The position numbers and the translations under genes were made by a program. The notes under the pieces are model-generated. The model was not told where the DNA came from, searched no databases, and worked only from the letters and a program-made list of their open reading frames with translations. Positions 55,819 to 64,000 of a stretch of DNA of 64,000 nt are shown in pieces; within the stretch, counting starts at the first letter, position 1; the number at the start of each line of letters is the position of its first letter. The DNA lies in NCBI GenBank assembly GCA_039817845.1, contig JBCBVC010000003.1, positions 7,067 through 71,066 on the forward strand. Direction: 5' to 3'. The stretch comes from Cyanobacteria bacterium J06642_2. GTDB lineage: Bacteria; Cyanobacteriota; Cyanobacteriia; Thermostichales; PCC-7336.

Positions 55819-57204
55819 ATGTTTGCGGAGTCGGAAGCATCCTCCATAGAGACCCCCATTGAAACCTTGTCGGAGCGGCGGCGCTTTAAAGCCAGCCTCG
55901 TACTTTTAACCGTATGGCTGCTGGTCGTTGCCCTGCACGTTTTTCCGGTCGCCCGTTGGGCTGTAGTTGGCTTGGCAGCGGTCATGGCCGTTTATGCCGT
56001 GCGGTTTATTGCTATGCTACCGGTCGTGCCGCCTACGACGCTACCTGCATCAAGCGGTACGCCTGCGGCTCCGAACTCGACGACAACGGCCGAGGTTCCC
56101 CTAATTTCGCTGCTAGTTCCAGCCAAAAATGAAGGGGCAGTGCTACCGGCGCTGCTGCAGACTCTCTCCCAATTGGACTATCCTGCCGAGCGCTTTGAAG
56201 TTTGGGTCATTGACGACGCCAGTACTGACCATACAGCTGAATGTGTGGCTGCGTGGCAAACACGCTTTCCTCAGTTGCACGTCTATCGACGCGAGGCCGG
56301 AGCTTCGGGCGGGAAATCGGGAGCTTTGAACGAAGTATTACCGCTGACGCAGGGTGACATTATCGGCGTGTTTGATGCTGATGCGGCTGTACCTGTCGAT
56401 TTATTGCAGCGCTCGCTGCCCCTATTTGAGTCAGAAGCAGTGATGGCGGTGCAGGTACGCAAAGCGATCGCCAATCGCGATGTCAATATTTGGACTTGGG
56501 GCCAATCAATCGAGATGGCTCTGGATAGCTATTTCCAACAGCAACGAGTTGCGGTCGGGGGCTTGAGCGAGCTGCGGGGTAACGGTCAATTGGTCCGACG
56601 CTCGGCTCTGGAGAAAGTTGGAGGCTGGAATGAAGCAACGGTCACCGACGATTTGGATTTAACTCTGCGGTTACACCTGCTCGGTGGCGATATTGCCTTT
56701 TTAGTGACGCCGCCAGTCTTAGAAGAAGGCGTCACCGATGGTGTTAGCCTTTGGCATCAACGCAACCGTTGGGCTGAGGGCGGATATCAACGCTACTTAG
56801 ATTACTGGCCCAGCATTCTCAACAATCACCTGGGTACGGCCAAAACCTTAGATTTAACGCTATTTCTGTTCATTCAATATCTTCTACCCATCGCGATCGT
56901 ACCGGACTTCTTGCTGACGGCATTCCGCACCCATCAACCTGCCCTGTGGCCGCTGAGCTTAGTGTTCGCTGTGATGACCTTGGTAGCTTTATCGATGGGG
57001 TCGCGGCGCGCCCTCGGGCTGCGGGGCACATCTCTGGGGCTAGCCATTGTCGGCGGCTCGATTTACATGCTGCACTGGATTCCAGTTATGGTGGCAACGA
57101 CCGCGCGCATGTGCGTGCGACCCAAGCGGCTCAAGTGGGTGAAAACGCTGCACGAAGGCGGCTATTACGACTTGGCTGACGATGTAGAAGTCGCCGAGGT
57201 GTAG
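55819..57204 (+). CDS. Membrane-bound family 2 glycosyltransferase (monoglucosyldiacylglycerol synthase-like)
   Basis: Track ORF 55747..57204. I prefer the ATG at 55819. The motifs are LVPAKNE, VIDDASTD, VFDADA and QRNRWAEG (QxxRW), with TM helices flanking the catalytic domain. Confidence 0.75.
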   Translation: MFAESEASSIETPIETLSERRRFKASLVLLTVWLLVVALHVFPVARWAVVGLAAVMAVYAVRFIAMLPVVPPTTLPASSGTPAAPNSTTTAEVPLISLLVPAKNEGAVLPALLQTLSQLDYPAERFEVWVIDDASTDHTAECVAAWQTRFPQLHVYRREAGASGGKSGALNEVLPLTQGDIIGVFDADAAVPVDLLQRSLPLFESEAVMAVQVRKAIANRDVNIWTWGQSIEMALDSYFQQQRVAVGGLSELRGNGQLVRRSALEKVGGWNEATVTDDLDLTLRLHLLGGDIAFLVTPPVLEEGVTDGVSLWHQRNRWAEGGYQRYLDYWPSILNNHLGTAKTLDLTLFLFIQYLLPIAIVPDFLLTAFRTHQPALWPLSLVFAVMTLVALSMGSRRALGLRGTSLGLAIVGGSIYMLHWIPVMVATTARMCVRPKRLKWVKTLHEGGYYDLADDVEVAEV

Positions 57205-58481
57205 CCACCAAGGGTACGAGGAGGAATGACACCATCGCTTACGCCAAAATATTTGGCGTAGTGATGCAACGTACGCGTCAGTAATTGTCTGTCTCCCAGC
57301 TGCATGGGACGTTCGGGTGCACGAGGCTCGACGTCAAGCGCTTTGAGAATCTCAGTGGCTACGGCGCGGGCTAATTGCGGTGGGACGGAATTGCCAATCT
57401 GTCGAAACCCGTGCCACTTGGTGAAATGAAAGCGAAAGCAGTCGGGATAGGAATGCAGCCGTGCGGCCTCACGCACGGTAATGCAGCGATCGCGAGCGTA
57501 ATGTATGGGTCGGGGAGACGTAAATGCCCCGCGCGTGCGAGCCGTTCCAGCGCGCAACGTGGTAGAAATGCCCTCCGGATGCAGTTTGAAAAAGCGACTG
57601 ATGGGTTCGCGTTCGCCAGGGAGCGTTTCGGCAAAGCGGCGTCGGGTTTTGGGCGAATGTCGAGTGCGAATGCTGCTGGTCAGCAGGTGAGGCTCAAACG
57701 GGCGGATGTAGCCGTAATGCTGGATAGGCGTTAATCCTCGTAGTGCCGCGCTGTAGGAGCTGGGTTGGCCGAATTCGGCGATCGCTTCGTCCGAGTCCCA
57801 CAGTTCGGGAAAATTTTCTGCATCGGGAATATCGGCGATCGCGTCACGAACGGTCGGGCCCGGAGGAAGTCCTGATGAAGAGATGGTGGCGCGTTTAGGA
57901 TCGGCAGGTCGTGTAAGGGGTAGGGGATAGTGGGGCAAGGGCAAACCGCGACGACATCCAAGCAAAAATAATCGTTGGCGGTTCTGCGGTACGCCATAGT
58001 CGGCGGCATTAAGCACGCGATACTGGCGTTCGACCTCGTACCCACTTTCCTCGAAAACCTCGATCGCGCGCTCTAGATATGTGCGGTGTTCCCCTACGGT
58101 CATCCCCCGTACGTTTTCCATGATGAAATAGTTGGCTTCTAGCTCCCGGACCAGTCGCGCGAACTCGAACAGCAAATGATTGCGTGGATCGTCCAATTCG
58201 CGCTTGCCCATAAATGAAAACCCTTGACAAGGAGGGCCACCGAAGACGACATCAACCGGGCGATCGCCAATGGCCGACCGCTGTCGAATTTCGGCCCCGG
58301 TTACGTCCCTGATGCTGCAACACAATATTGTCCAGTCAGGGAAATTAAAGGCGTGGGCTGCGCAGTGAACAGGATCGAGTTCTACGGCTGCTAGCACGTC
58401 AAACCCGGCCTGCTCGAAGCCGAGGCTCATACCACCAACTCCAGCAAACAAATCCACACCAATGGGGCGCGTTTGCATCAT
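57165..58481 (-). CDS. dcm: DNA (cytosine-5)-methyltransferase
   Basis: 438 aa. It has motif I DLFAGVGGMSLGF, motif IV GGPPCQGFS, motif VI ENV, motif VIII QNRQRLF and motif X GNSVPP. No nuclease-like ORF is adjacent. Confidence 0.9.
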   Translation of the reverse strand: MMQTRPIGVDLFAGVGGMSLGFEQAGFDVLAAVELDPVHCAAHAFNFPDWTILCCSIRDVTGAEIRQRSAIGDRPVDVVFGGPPCQGFSFMGKRELDDPRNHLLFEFARLVRELEANYFIMENVRGMTVGEHRTYLERAIEVFEESGYEVERQYRVLNAADYGVPQNRQRLFLLGCRRGLPLPHYPLPLTRPADPKRATISSSGLPPGPTVRDAIADIPDAENFPELWDSDEAIAEFGQPSSYSAALRGLTPIQHYGYIRPFEPHLLTSSIRTRHSPKTRRRFAETLPGEREPISRFFKLHPEGISTTLRAGTARTRGAFTSPRPIHYARDRCITVREAARLHSYPDCFRFHFTKWHGFRQIGNSVPPQLARAVATEILKALDVEPRAPERPMQLGDRQLLTRTLHHYAKYFGVSDGVIPPRTLGGYTSATSTSSAKS

Positions 58482-58708
58482 CCAGATGTTCCAGAGCGTG
58501 CTTGCAGGCTTCTTTCCACCGAAATTTCCACCGAAATAAGGTGTCGCTGAACGTCTCTCGATTGCCAGCGGTGAATTACAGAAACGCGCCGACAGTCCCG
58601 CACGGCTAAGCCGAACGCTGTCGCTCCCTTTCGAACCGAGCGCAAAAGGAGCCCAACCTTTGCAAACCCTTCCAGCAGCATCGCGCCGCTAGTCTCGGAA
58701 TCAATCAT
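58478..58708 (-). CDS. Possible small coupled ORF (76 aa) between the coiled-coil gene and dcm
   Basis: The ORF spans exactly from the upstream stop to the dcm start, with ATGA overlaps at both ends (58705-58708 and 58478-58481). No recognisable motif. Confidence 0.35.
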   Translation of the reverse strand: MIDSETSGAMLLEGFAKVGLLLRSVRKGATAFGLAVRDCRRVSVIHRWQSRDVQRHLISVEISVERSLQARSGTSG

Positions 58709-59493
58709 CCGCGAGATACGAGCGGGCGGCGCTGCACGAACGCCGGCAAATCCACCTGTGGTCGGTTAGCGGTTTGCGCGGCAGTTGTGGGTGGCTGAGG
58801 TGAAGCTGGCGATTTGATCCTGGCGGCAACGTGTTCCGCTGAAGCCGCTACCATTTCCTGAATTCGGCGATCGCCAATATGCCGACCCGTCTCATTCTCG
58901 AACTCCCCCAAAGGGGATAAAGCAATCTCAGGATCTATACCTGCCTCCGTAACTGCTGGTGCGAAAATCTCACCCGCCGGGATGAGGGGATTACCATCAG
59001 GAATTGCGATCTCGCCTGTCGGGATGCCGACCCGCGCAGCCGTGCGGTATTCCTGACATTCCGCTAGACACTTGTCCAGCGTTGCTTTGAGCTGAATGTT
59101 TTGACGTTCGACGGCGTAGAGGCGTTCTTTCAGCTCTTGCCTGGCTGCTTCCAATTCCTGTTTGTTCTCCTCCAATTCAGCGAGCTCGCGTTCCTGAGTT
59201 TGCGAGTAGGAACGAGCCTCGGCACATTCGCGCTCTAGTTCCACCACGCGCTGCTGTAAACCAGCATGCTGGCGTTTAAGGACCAGATGATGGGCTTCTG
59301 CAATTTCCTGTTTGCGTTTAGCTTCCTGCAGCTGCTCGGCATTTGGTCGCTGCGTTAGGTCCCGCTCGAACTGCTGCTGCACTTCTTCGAACTCCGACCA
59401 CGACGGCCGCCGTTCTAACTCAGCCATCAGTTGTTGCTCGCGAGCTTGGGCTGCAGCAATTTGCTGTTTTAGGGTCTCAATGTCCGGTGCCAT
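58705..59493 (-). CDS. Coiled-coil protein, first gene of the dcm operon
   Basis: 262 aa. About 150 aa of heptad-rich sequence (QQIAAAQAREQQLMAELE...ELEENKQELEAARQELKERL) are followed by a Pro/Gly/Ala-rich tail. Confidence 0.6.
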   Translation of the reverse strand: MAPDIETLKQQIAAAQAREQQLMAELERRPSWSEFEEVQQQFERDLTQRPNAEQLQEAKRKQEIAEAHHLVLKRQHAGLQQRVVELERECAEARSYSQTQERELAELEENKQELEAARQELKERLYAVERQNIQLKATLDKCLAECQEYRTAARVGIPTGEIAIPDGNPLIPAGEIFAPAVTEAGIDPEIALSPLGEFENETGRHIGDRRIQEMVAASAEHVAARIKSPASPQPPTTAAQTANRPQVDLPAFVQRRPLVSRG

Positions 59494-59736
59494 CGCTTTC
59501 GAACTACCTCACAAATGCACACTTCAGAACGCGGTGCTTTCCCAGCTCTTGCCGGCACAATACCCGCACGAGCCTTGTGGAGCTAAATCCGCATTTCGAA
59601 CGAATTCAACGTTCTCTGACCCTATATATAGCGAATTTTTTTCGAATAGGGGCGTACTCAACTCTACATTTAGATTTATCTCTTCGATTGGAACTTTGAA
59701 GCGAAATGCTTCCATGTCACCACCGGTGGCAAATTT

Positions 59737-60609
59737 CTATGCGGCTAGAGCCGCGATCGCCGGGAAGGGTAAGCTGCTCGTGACTCGACCGATACGGCAA
59801 ATGCGTTGGCGATACTGTGTGCCGATGGGGTCGTCAGCTGTACTTTCAGCCAGCTCGGGTACTACATAGTCCCAACCAAACCCATTACGGCCATTTTCGG
59901 GGCCGGAACTGTGCAAGTAGCGCCCGTCACCCCAATATATGGCGACGTGATCGACTCGGTGGCCGAACTGAAAAAAGATTAAGTCTCCTGCTCGTAGGTG
60001 AGCGAGTTCGTCCGGTCTGGGGACTCGATTGAGGAGTGGTTCGCAAAAGTCAGCTTGTTGATAGGAATCACGCGGAACGCGAATATCTTGGCTGGCAAAA
60101 CTGCGCTGGACGATGCCGGAACAATCGAAATTTGGCCCGATTGTACCTCCCCACAAGTAGTGATTGGGCTGCTGCGCGGCAGTTTCTGCATAGCTCAGGA
60201 TAGCGGGCAGGCGATCGCGAATGTCGTTTGGCGTCAGCAGCTGGGTCGAGTTGGGCAAACTAGTGACGAGTCGGATTTGCAGGCGATCTCGAGCGTTTAT
60301 CTCCAGGTTGTGCGCGGGTACAAAGCCTTCGTAGCCGTCGTCGAGCAGCTGGATGCGAGCTGTGGATGTCTCTGACTGGAGAGCGAGAACTCGACCGTAG
60401 CGGCCCACCCACATTTGGGTCGCCAGGCGTCGACAATCAGCCGCATCAAATAGGTCCAGGCTGGTTAGACTTTGGAAGAGGGTGCCAGGGGAAATGGAGG
60501 GGGTCATGGAGGCGGTGATGGACGCTACCAGGGATACTAGCCCAGATTTGCAGCGGCAAGTGGACGATGGAGTCGTCATGCTCGTCGAGCGCTTTGGGTT
60601 CGCAGCCAA
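59737..60609 (-). CDS. NlpC/P60 (C40) family cell-wall peptidase
   Basis: 290 aa. The catalytic Cys is in YLWGGTIGPNFDCSGIVQ and the His in DHVAIYWGDGRYLHSSG. The start is uncertain, with internal ATGs at 60579 and 60507. Confidence 0.8.
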   Translation of the reverse strand: MAANPKRSTSMTTPSSTCRCKSGLVSLVASITASMTPSISPGTLFQSLTSLDLFDAADCRRLATQMWVGRYGRVLALQSETSTARIQLLDDGYEGFVPAHNLEINARDRLQIRLVTSLPNSTQLLTPNDIRDRLPAILSYAETAAQQPNHYLWGGTIGPNFDCSGIVQRSFASQDIRVPRDSYQQADFCEPLLNRVPRPDELAHLRAGDLIFFQFGHRVDHVAIYWGDGRYLHSSGPENGRNGFGWDYVVPELAESTADDPIGTQYRQRICRIGRVTSSLPFPAIAALAA

Positions 60610-61429
60610 AGATATCGCGATCGCGCTGGTGGACCTGGCCCCCCAGCCCAGCGCGTGGGCGCACCATCAAGGCGATCGCTTGTTTTACCCGGCTAGTATT
60701 ATTAAGCTCTTCTACGCTGCTGCAGTACGCATTTGGGAATCGGCCGGGAAGTTAGTTGTCACTCCAGAAATTGAGCGCGCTCTGAGAGACGCTATCGTCG
60801 ACTCCAGTAATGACGCGACGAGCTTGTTGGTGGATGTTTTGACCGGTACTCACTCCGGCCCCGAGCTGAATGACCTCGCGTTTCACCACTGGCAAGAGCG
60901 TCGTCAGGTCATTACTCGCTACTTCAATCACGTCAATATTCCGGGTAATTTCAGCCAAAAAACCTGGACGGACGGACCCTATGGCCGCGATCGCCAGTCC
61001 TACGGCCCCAATAATGAGAATCGCAACGCCCTGACAGCTTCTAGCACGGCTTGGCTGATTCATTCTTTAGCTGCCGGACAAGTAGTATCGCCAGCGCGAT
61101 CGCGCAAGTTACTTCAGTTGATGCATCGCGATCTCGATCCCACGACGTATCGCGACGACCCTGACAATCAAATTCAAGGCTTTTTGGGCGAAGGATTGCC
61201 CCGCAGTGCGCAACTGTGGTCAAAGGCAGGAGAAACCAGCTTCAGCCGTCACGATAGCGCCATGATTCAGCTGGCCGGACGCGCGCCCTACATTGCCGTC
61301 GTCTTCGGTAACGGCCCCGAATATTTCAACAATATGGAATGGATGCCAGAACTTTCTCGTTACTGGGTCCAACAGTTTTCACAACACCAGTCAGAACCCT
61401 CACTATCAACCTCTTCATTAGCTGTTTAA
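60482..61429 (+). CDS. Class A beta-lactamase-fold serine hydrolase
   Basis: 315 aa. It has SxxK (ASIIK), SxN (SSND) and a KTG-like KAG. The start is uncertain, with ATGs at 60494/60506/60518. Confidence 0.7.
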   Translation: MPGEMEGVMEAVMDATRDTSPDLQRQVDDGVVMLVERFGFAAKDIAIALVDLAPQPSAWAHHQGDRLFYPASIIKLFYAAAVRIWESAGKLVVTPEIERALRDAIVDSSNDATSLLVDVLTGTHSGPELNDLAFHHWQERRQVITRYFNHVNIPGNFSQKTWTDGPYGRDRQSYGPNNENRNALTASSTAWLIHSLAAGQVVSPARSRKLLQLMHRDLDPTTYRDDPDNQIQGFLGEGLPRSAQLWSKAGETSFSRHDSAMIQLAGRAPYIAVVFGNGPEYFNNMEWMPELSRYWVQQFSQHQSEPSLSTSSLAV

Positions 61430-61495
61430 TACACCACTCACCGACCACTGGCGTTCATCCAAGCCAAGCCGTGCTCTACCTGTCAACGCTGCCTA

Positions 61496-61531
61496 GCCAA
61501 CACCAATCGACCGTCCCCGCTTGGTGTTGGC
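61496..61531. terminator. Perfect 11-bp hairpin between convergent genes
   Basis: GCCAACACCAA-N14-TTGGTGTTGGC. There is no U-run. Confidence 0.3.
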
Positions 61532-61662
61532 CCGCGATCGCCTTCTTCACCTATAGCTCTTTTAGTTTGGCCATGAAAACACCCACTGCGACTGGGTTCT
61601 GGGTAGCTAAAGCGTCCTAAGCAGCTTGATGGCTGCTATGGAACGAGATTGAGAACCAGGCA

Positions 61663-62610
61663 CTATTCCAGTTGGGGTTGCCCCAAAGCTCCTGGCGCAC
61701 CTACCAGCGTTCGCTTGGGCGAGCACGTTACCGTCATGATTGCCAACGTCAGAATATACGGCGACGCATTCCAGAGATAGTAAAACGACTCCACCCCCAC
61801 CGACTGCAACGCTGGTCCAATCGCCTGCGCTCCACCGAACAGTAATGAAGCGTACAAGCAGTGCATCGGCCTCCACCGGGCAAAAATCACCAGTGCCACT
61901 GCCATTAACCCTTGCCCGCTAGAAATGCGCTCGTTCCAACTACCGGGATACACCAACGACAAATACGCGCCCCCAATTCCTGCCAACACACTGCCGATGA
62001 CAATTGCGTAAGCCCGCACCTGCTTCACTGACACTCCCATTGCCTTTGCCGCCGCCGGACTATCCCCCGCCGCTCGCACGAACAGTCCCCATCGAGTGGC
62101 TTTGAAAAACCACTGCATCAGCGGTGCGACAAGAAGACCCAGCAAGAAAAGAGGGCTAACACTGAAGGCCGAGCGTACTTGCGGCAAATCGCTCCAATTC
62201 CCCAGTGGCAAGGTGGGTAACTGGGGTGCAGGCGGCTGAATGAAAGGCTTGCCGAAGAAAAAAGCAATGCCGCTGCCGAAGATAATCATGGCGATCCCCA
62301 CCGCCACGTCGCTCACCTGCGGTTTTTGCGCCAGCCAGCTATGCAGCAGCCCTAGCAGTCCGCCCGCCACTCCTGCGACGATGACACCTAACCACGGCCC
62401 GACTAGTGGAGAGTCTCGTAAGTAGTAGGAAGTGGCGTAGGCTGTCATCGCCCCCGTCAGCAGCGCCCCTTCCAAGCCGAGATTGATTTTGCCGCTCTTT
62501 TCAGTCAGACACTCCCCCAAGCTAACGAACAGAAAAGGCGCACTGCCCCGCAAAGCTCCCCCCGCGATCGCCAGCGGCAGGCCCCACCATCCCAATGCTT
62601 CTGCTGCCAT
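61663..62610 (-). CDS. ABC transporter permease (BMP/nucleoside-sugar type, second permease)
   Basis: Track ORF 61663..62691. I prefer the ATG at 62610, which is preceded by GAGGAGG and lies after the upstream stop at 62621. The protein is polytopic. Confidence 0.85.
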   Translation of the reverse strand: MAAEALGWWGLPLAIAGGALRGSAPFLFVSLGECLTEKSGKINLGLEGALLTGAMTAYATSYYLRDSPLVGPWLGVIVAGVAGGLLGLLHSWLAQKPQVSDVAVGIAMIIFGSGIAFFFGKPFIQPPAPQLPTLPLGNWSDLPQVRSAFSVSPLFLLGLLVAPLMQWFFKATRWGLFVRAAGDSPAAAKAMGVSVKQVRAYAIVIGSVLAGIGGAYLSLVYPGSWNERISSGQGLMAVALVIFARWRPMHCLYASLLFGGAQAIGPALQSVGVESFYYLWNASPYILTLAIMTVTCSPKRTLVGAPGALGQPQLE

Positions 62611-62620
62611 GCGTACCTCC

Positions 62621-63727
62621 TCAACGAGCGGGAGCAGATTGCTCGGACTTCTGACTGAAGGCGATCGCTGCTTTCGGTTCCGGTTCTGCAAACCACGCGA
62701 ACTTACCGTAAAGCGACTCGCTAAACAGCACCACCAAAAACACCAGCCCTTGAAACACCAACACGGTCGAATCCGGCAGGTCGTGAACCCGCTGCAAAAT
62801 ACCGCCGCTGGCCAAAATGCCCCCTAACAAAAATGACACCAACGTCACCGCTAGCCCATTGCTGCGAGCGATGAACGCCACCAAAATACCGCTATAGCCG
62901 TAGTTTGCATTCAGTGACGCATTCGCCACCCCATGAACCGCCGCGATTTCCACCATGCCCGCCAGGCCAGCGCACGAACCGGCCAGAAAACAAATGGCTA
63001 GTGTCAACGTACCGACAGGTAATCCCGCCAAACGGGCAGCGCGGATGTTCCCGCCTGTGGTTCGGACTGCAAATCCAAATGTGGTGCGCTGAATGAGGAC
63101 ATAGGCGATCGCGCAAGCCACCAACCCGTAAATCAACCCGTAATGTATCCGCGTCCCTGGAATCATCCCCAGTCTCGATGCGGCCAACAGCGGAAAACTG
63201 GAAGGCTTATTCAATGAGCTAGGATCGCGCATCGGCCCTTCCACCAAGTGATTGAGAATAGCGATCGCGATTGCGTTCATCAACAAACTGCTAATCGTCT
63301 CATTGACACCGCGCCAGTGCCGCAACGCTCCCACTGCCGTAATCCAGAGACCGCCAAATAAGAGGCTAGAGAGTGCCATCGCAAACACGACGAGCGTTGG
63401 CGGTAGTGAATCTTGCAGCGCCAGACCAGAAATAATTGCTCCTAAGCCCCCCATCACCAGCGCGCCTTCATTGCCGATGATGACCAGCCCCAATTTTGCG
63501 GGCAGCGCCGTACAAAGCGCCGTTAGCATCAGTGGCGATGCCAAAATTAGCGTTCCTTGCACCCGACTGGCGCTGCCGAACGCCGCCTTATAGATCGAGT
63601 TGTAAACGCCGAATGGATTCGCCCCCGCCAGCGCGCAAAAGATACCGAATAGGAACAAAGCAACCAATACCGCACCGCAGGGCAGACAGACGGACTCCAA
63701 GATCCTGCGCCAACTGCGATCGCCCAT
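62621..63727 (-). CDS. ABC transporter permease (BMP/nucleoside-sugar type, first permease)
   Basis: 368 aa and polytopic. AGGAG precedes the ATG. Confidence 0.85.
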   Translation of the reverse strand: MGDRSWRRILESVCLPCGAVLVALFLFGIFCALAGANPFGVYNSIYKAAFGSASRVQGTLILASPLMLTALCTALPAKLGLVIIGNEGALVMGGLGAIISGLALQDSLPPTLVVFAMALSSLLFGGLWITAVGALRHWRGVNETISSLLMNAIAIAILNHLVEGPMRDPSSLNKPSSFPLLAASRLGMIPGTRIHYGLIYGLVACAIAYVLIQRTTFGFAVRTTGGNIRAARLAGLPVGTLTLAICFLAGSCAGLAGMVEIAAVHGVANASLNANYGYSGILVAFIARSNGLAVTLVSFLLGGILASGGILQRVHDLPDSTVLVFQGLVFLVVLFSESLYGKFAWFAEPEPKAAIAFSQKSEQSAPAR

Positions 63728-63766
63728 CTTTTGCTCCTAATGTTTGTGGTTGCAACCGGCCTCCAA

Positions 63767-64000
63767 TTATCCGATGCGACCTTCCACGCCTTCCACTAAA
63801 TAATCCATTTGCTCCAAAATCGGATCTTGCTGACCCAATTCCTCGCCCGCAGCGATGGCGACGTTGCCTTCGTTATCTTTCAGCTCGCCCTTGTAAATCG
63901 TCACGCCAGTTGATTGAAACTGAGCGACCACCTCATCTGCAGCAGCCTTTGCTTCGTCTGAAACCGCATCCCCGTAGGGCGAAAGCTTGCAAAATCCTTC
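63767..64000 (-). CDS. BMP family ABC transporter substrate-binding protein, C-terminal 77 aa only (cut by window edge)
   Basis: My minus-strand translation ends ...GVTIYKGELKDNEGNVAIAAGEELGQQDPILEQMDYLVEGVEGRIG followed by a stop. This tail is typical of Med/PnrA-like BMP lipoproteins. Confidence 0.65.
   Translation of the reverse strand, partial: EGFCKLSPYGDAVSDEAKAAADEVVAQFQSTGVTIYKGELKDNEGNVAIAAGEELGQQDPILEQMDYLVEGVEGRIG

Noticed and set aside
59312-59869. 185-aa plus-strand ORF, and 59343..59699
   Set aside because: These are antisense to the coiled-coil gene and the C40 gene. The Cys/Ser/Arg-rich products are typical of GC-rich antisense frames.
60482-60609. 128-nt divergent overlap of the C40 peptidase and serine-hydrolase ORFs
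   Set aside because: This is most likely an artefact of taking the longest ORFs, since both have internal ATG starts that remove most of the overlap.

Overview
This is a 64-kb chromosomal segment from a cyanobacterium. The evidence is the HIP1 octamer GCGATCGC throughout the window, plus psb28, psaI, ycf-type conserved genes, a cyAbrB regulator, an Aas-type ligase and DUF760/DUF1230/DUF2499/DUF3593-type genes. I cannot name the genus. I support about 60 protein-coding genes and one tRNA (tRNA-Asp GUC). I saw no rRNA, CRISPR array, transposase, integrase or phage genes. Most of the window is housekeeping: purB, nadK, def, ribE, ribF, argJ, rsmB, tag, ogt, speH, fur, tldD/pmbA and ABC transporters. 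Several small accessory-looking patches interrupt it. The strongest candidate for an undescribed system is at 28.6-32.0 kb. There a Ras/Rab-like small GTPase sits in an apparent operon with a 666-aa membrane protein whose cytoplasmic half looks like a Roadblock/LC7 (MglB-like) domain. The periplasmic half of that protein is BON-BON-OmpA (peptidoglycan anchor), and a coiled-coil protein sharing an N-terminal motif precedes it. Other loci worth a second look: a translationally coupled coiled-coil / 76-aa / orphan C5-cytosine methyltransferase operon (57.2-59.5 kb); a tandem histidine-kinase pair in which the first has a degenerate ATP-binding domain (36.8-39.8 kb); two paralogous LRR lipoproteins (43.2-47.7 kb); a pentapeptide-repeat protein in an AT-rich patch next to a lone HerA-like ATPase (8.8-11.6 kb); and two sub-60-aa genes missed by the ORF track (psaI and a small lipoprotein). 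All family assignments come from reading motifs by eye. No searches or computations were run.
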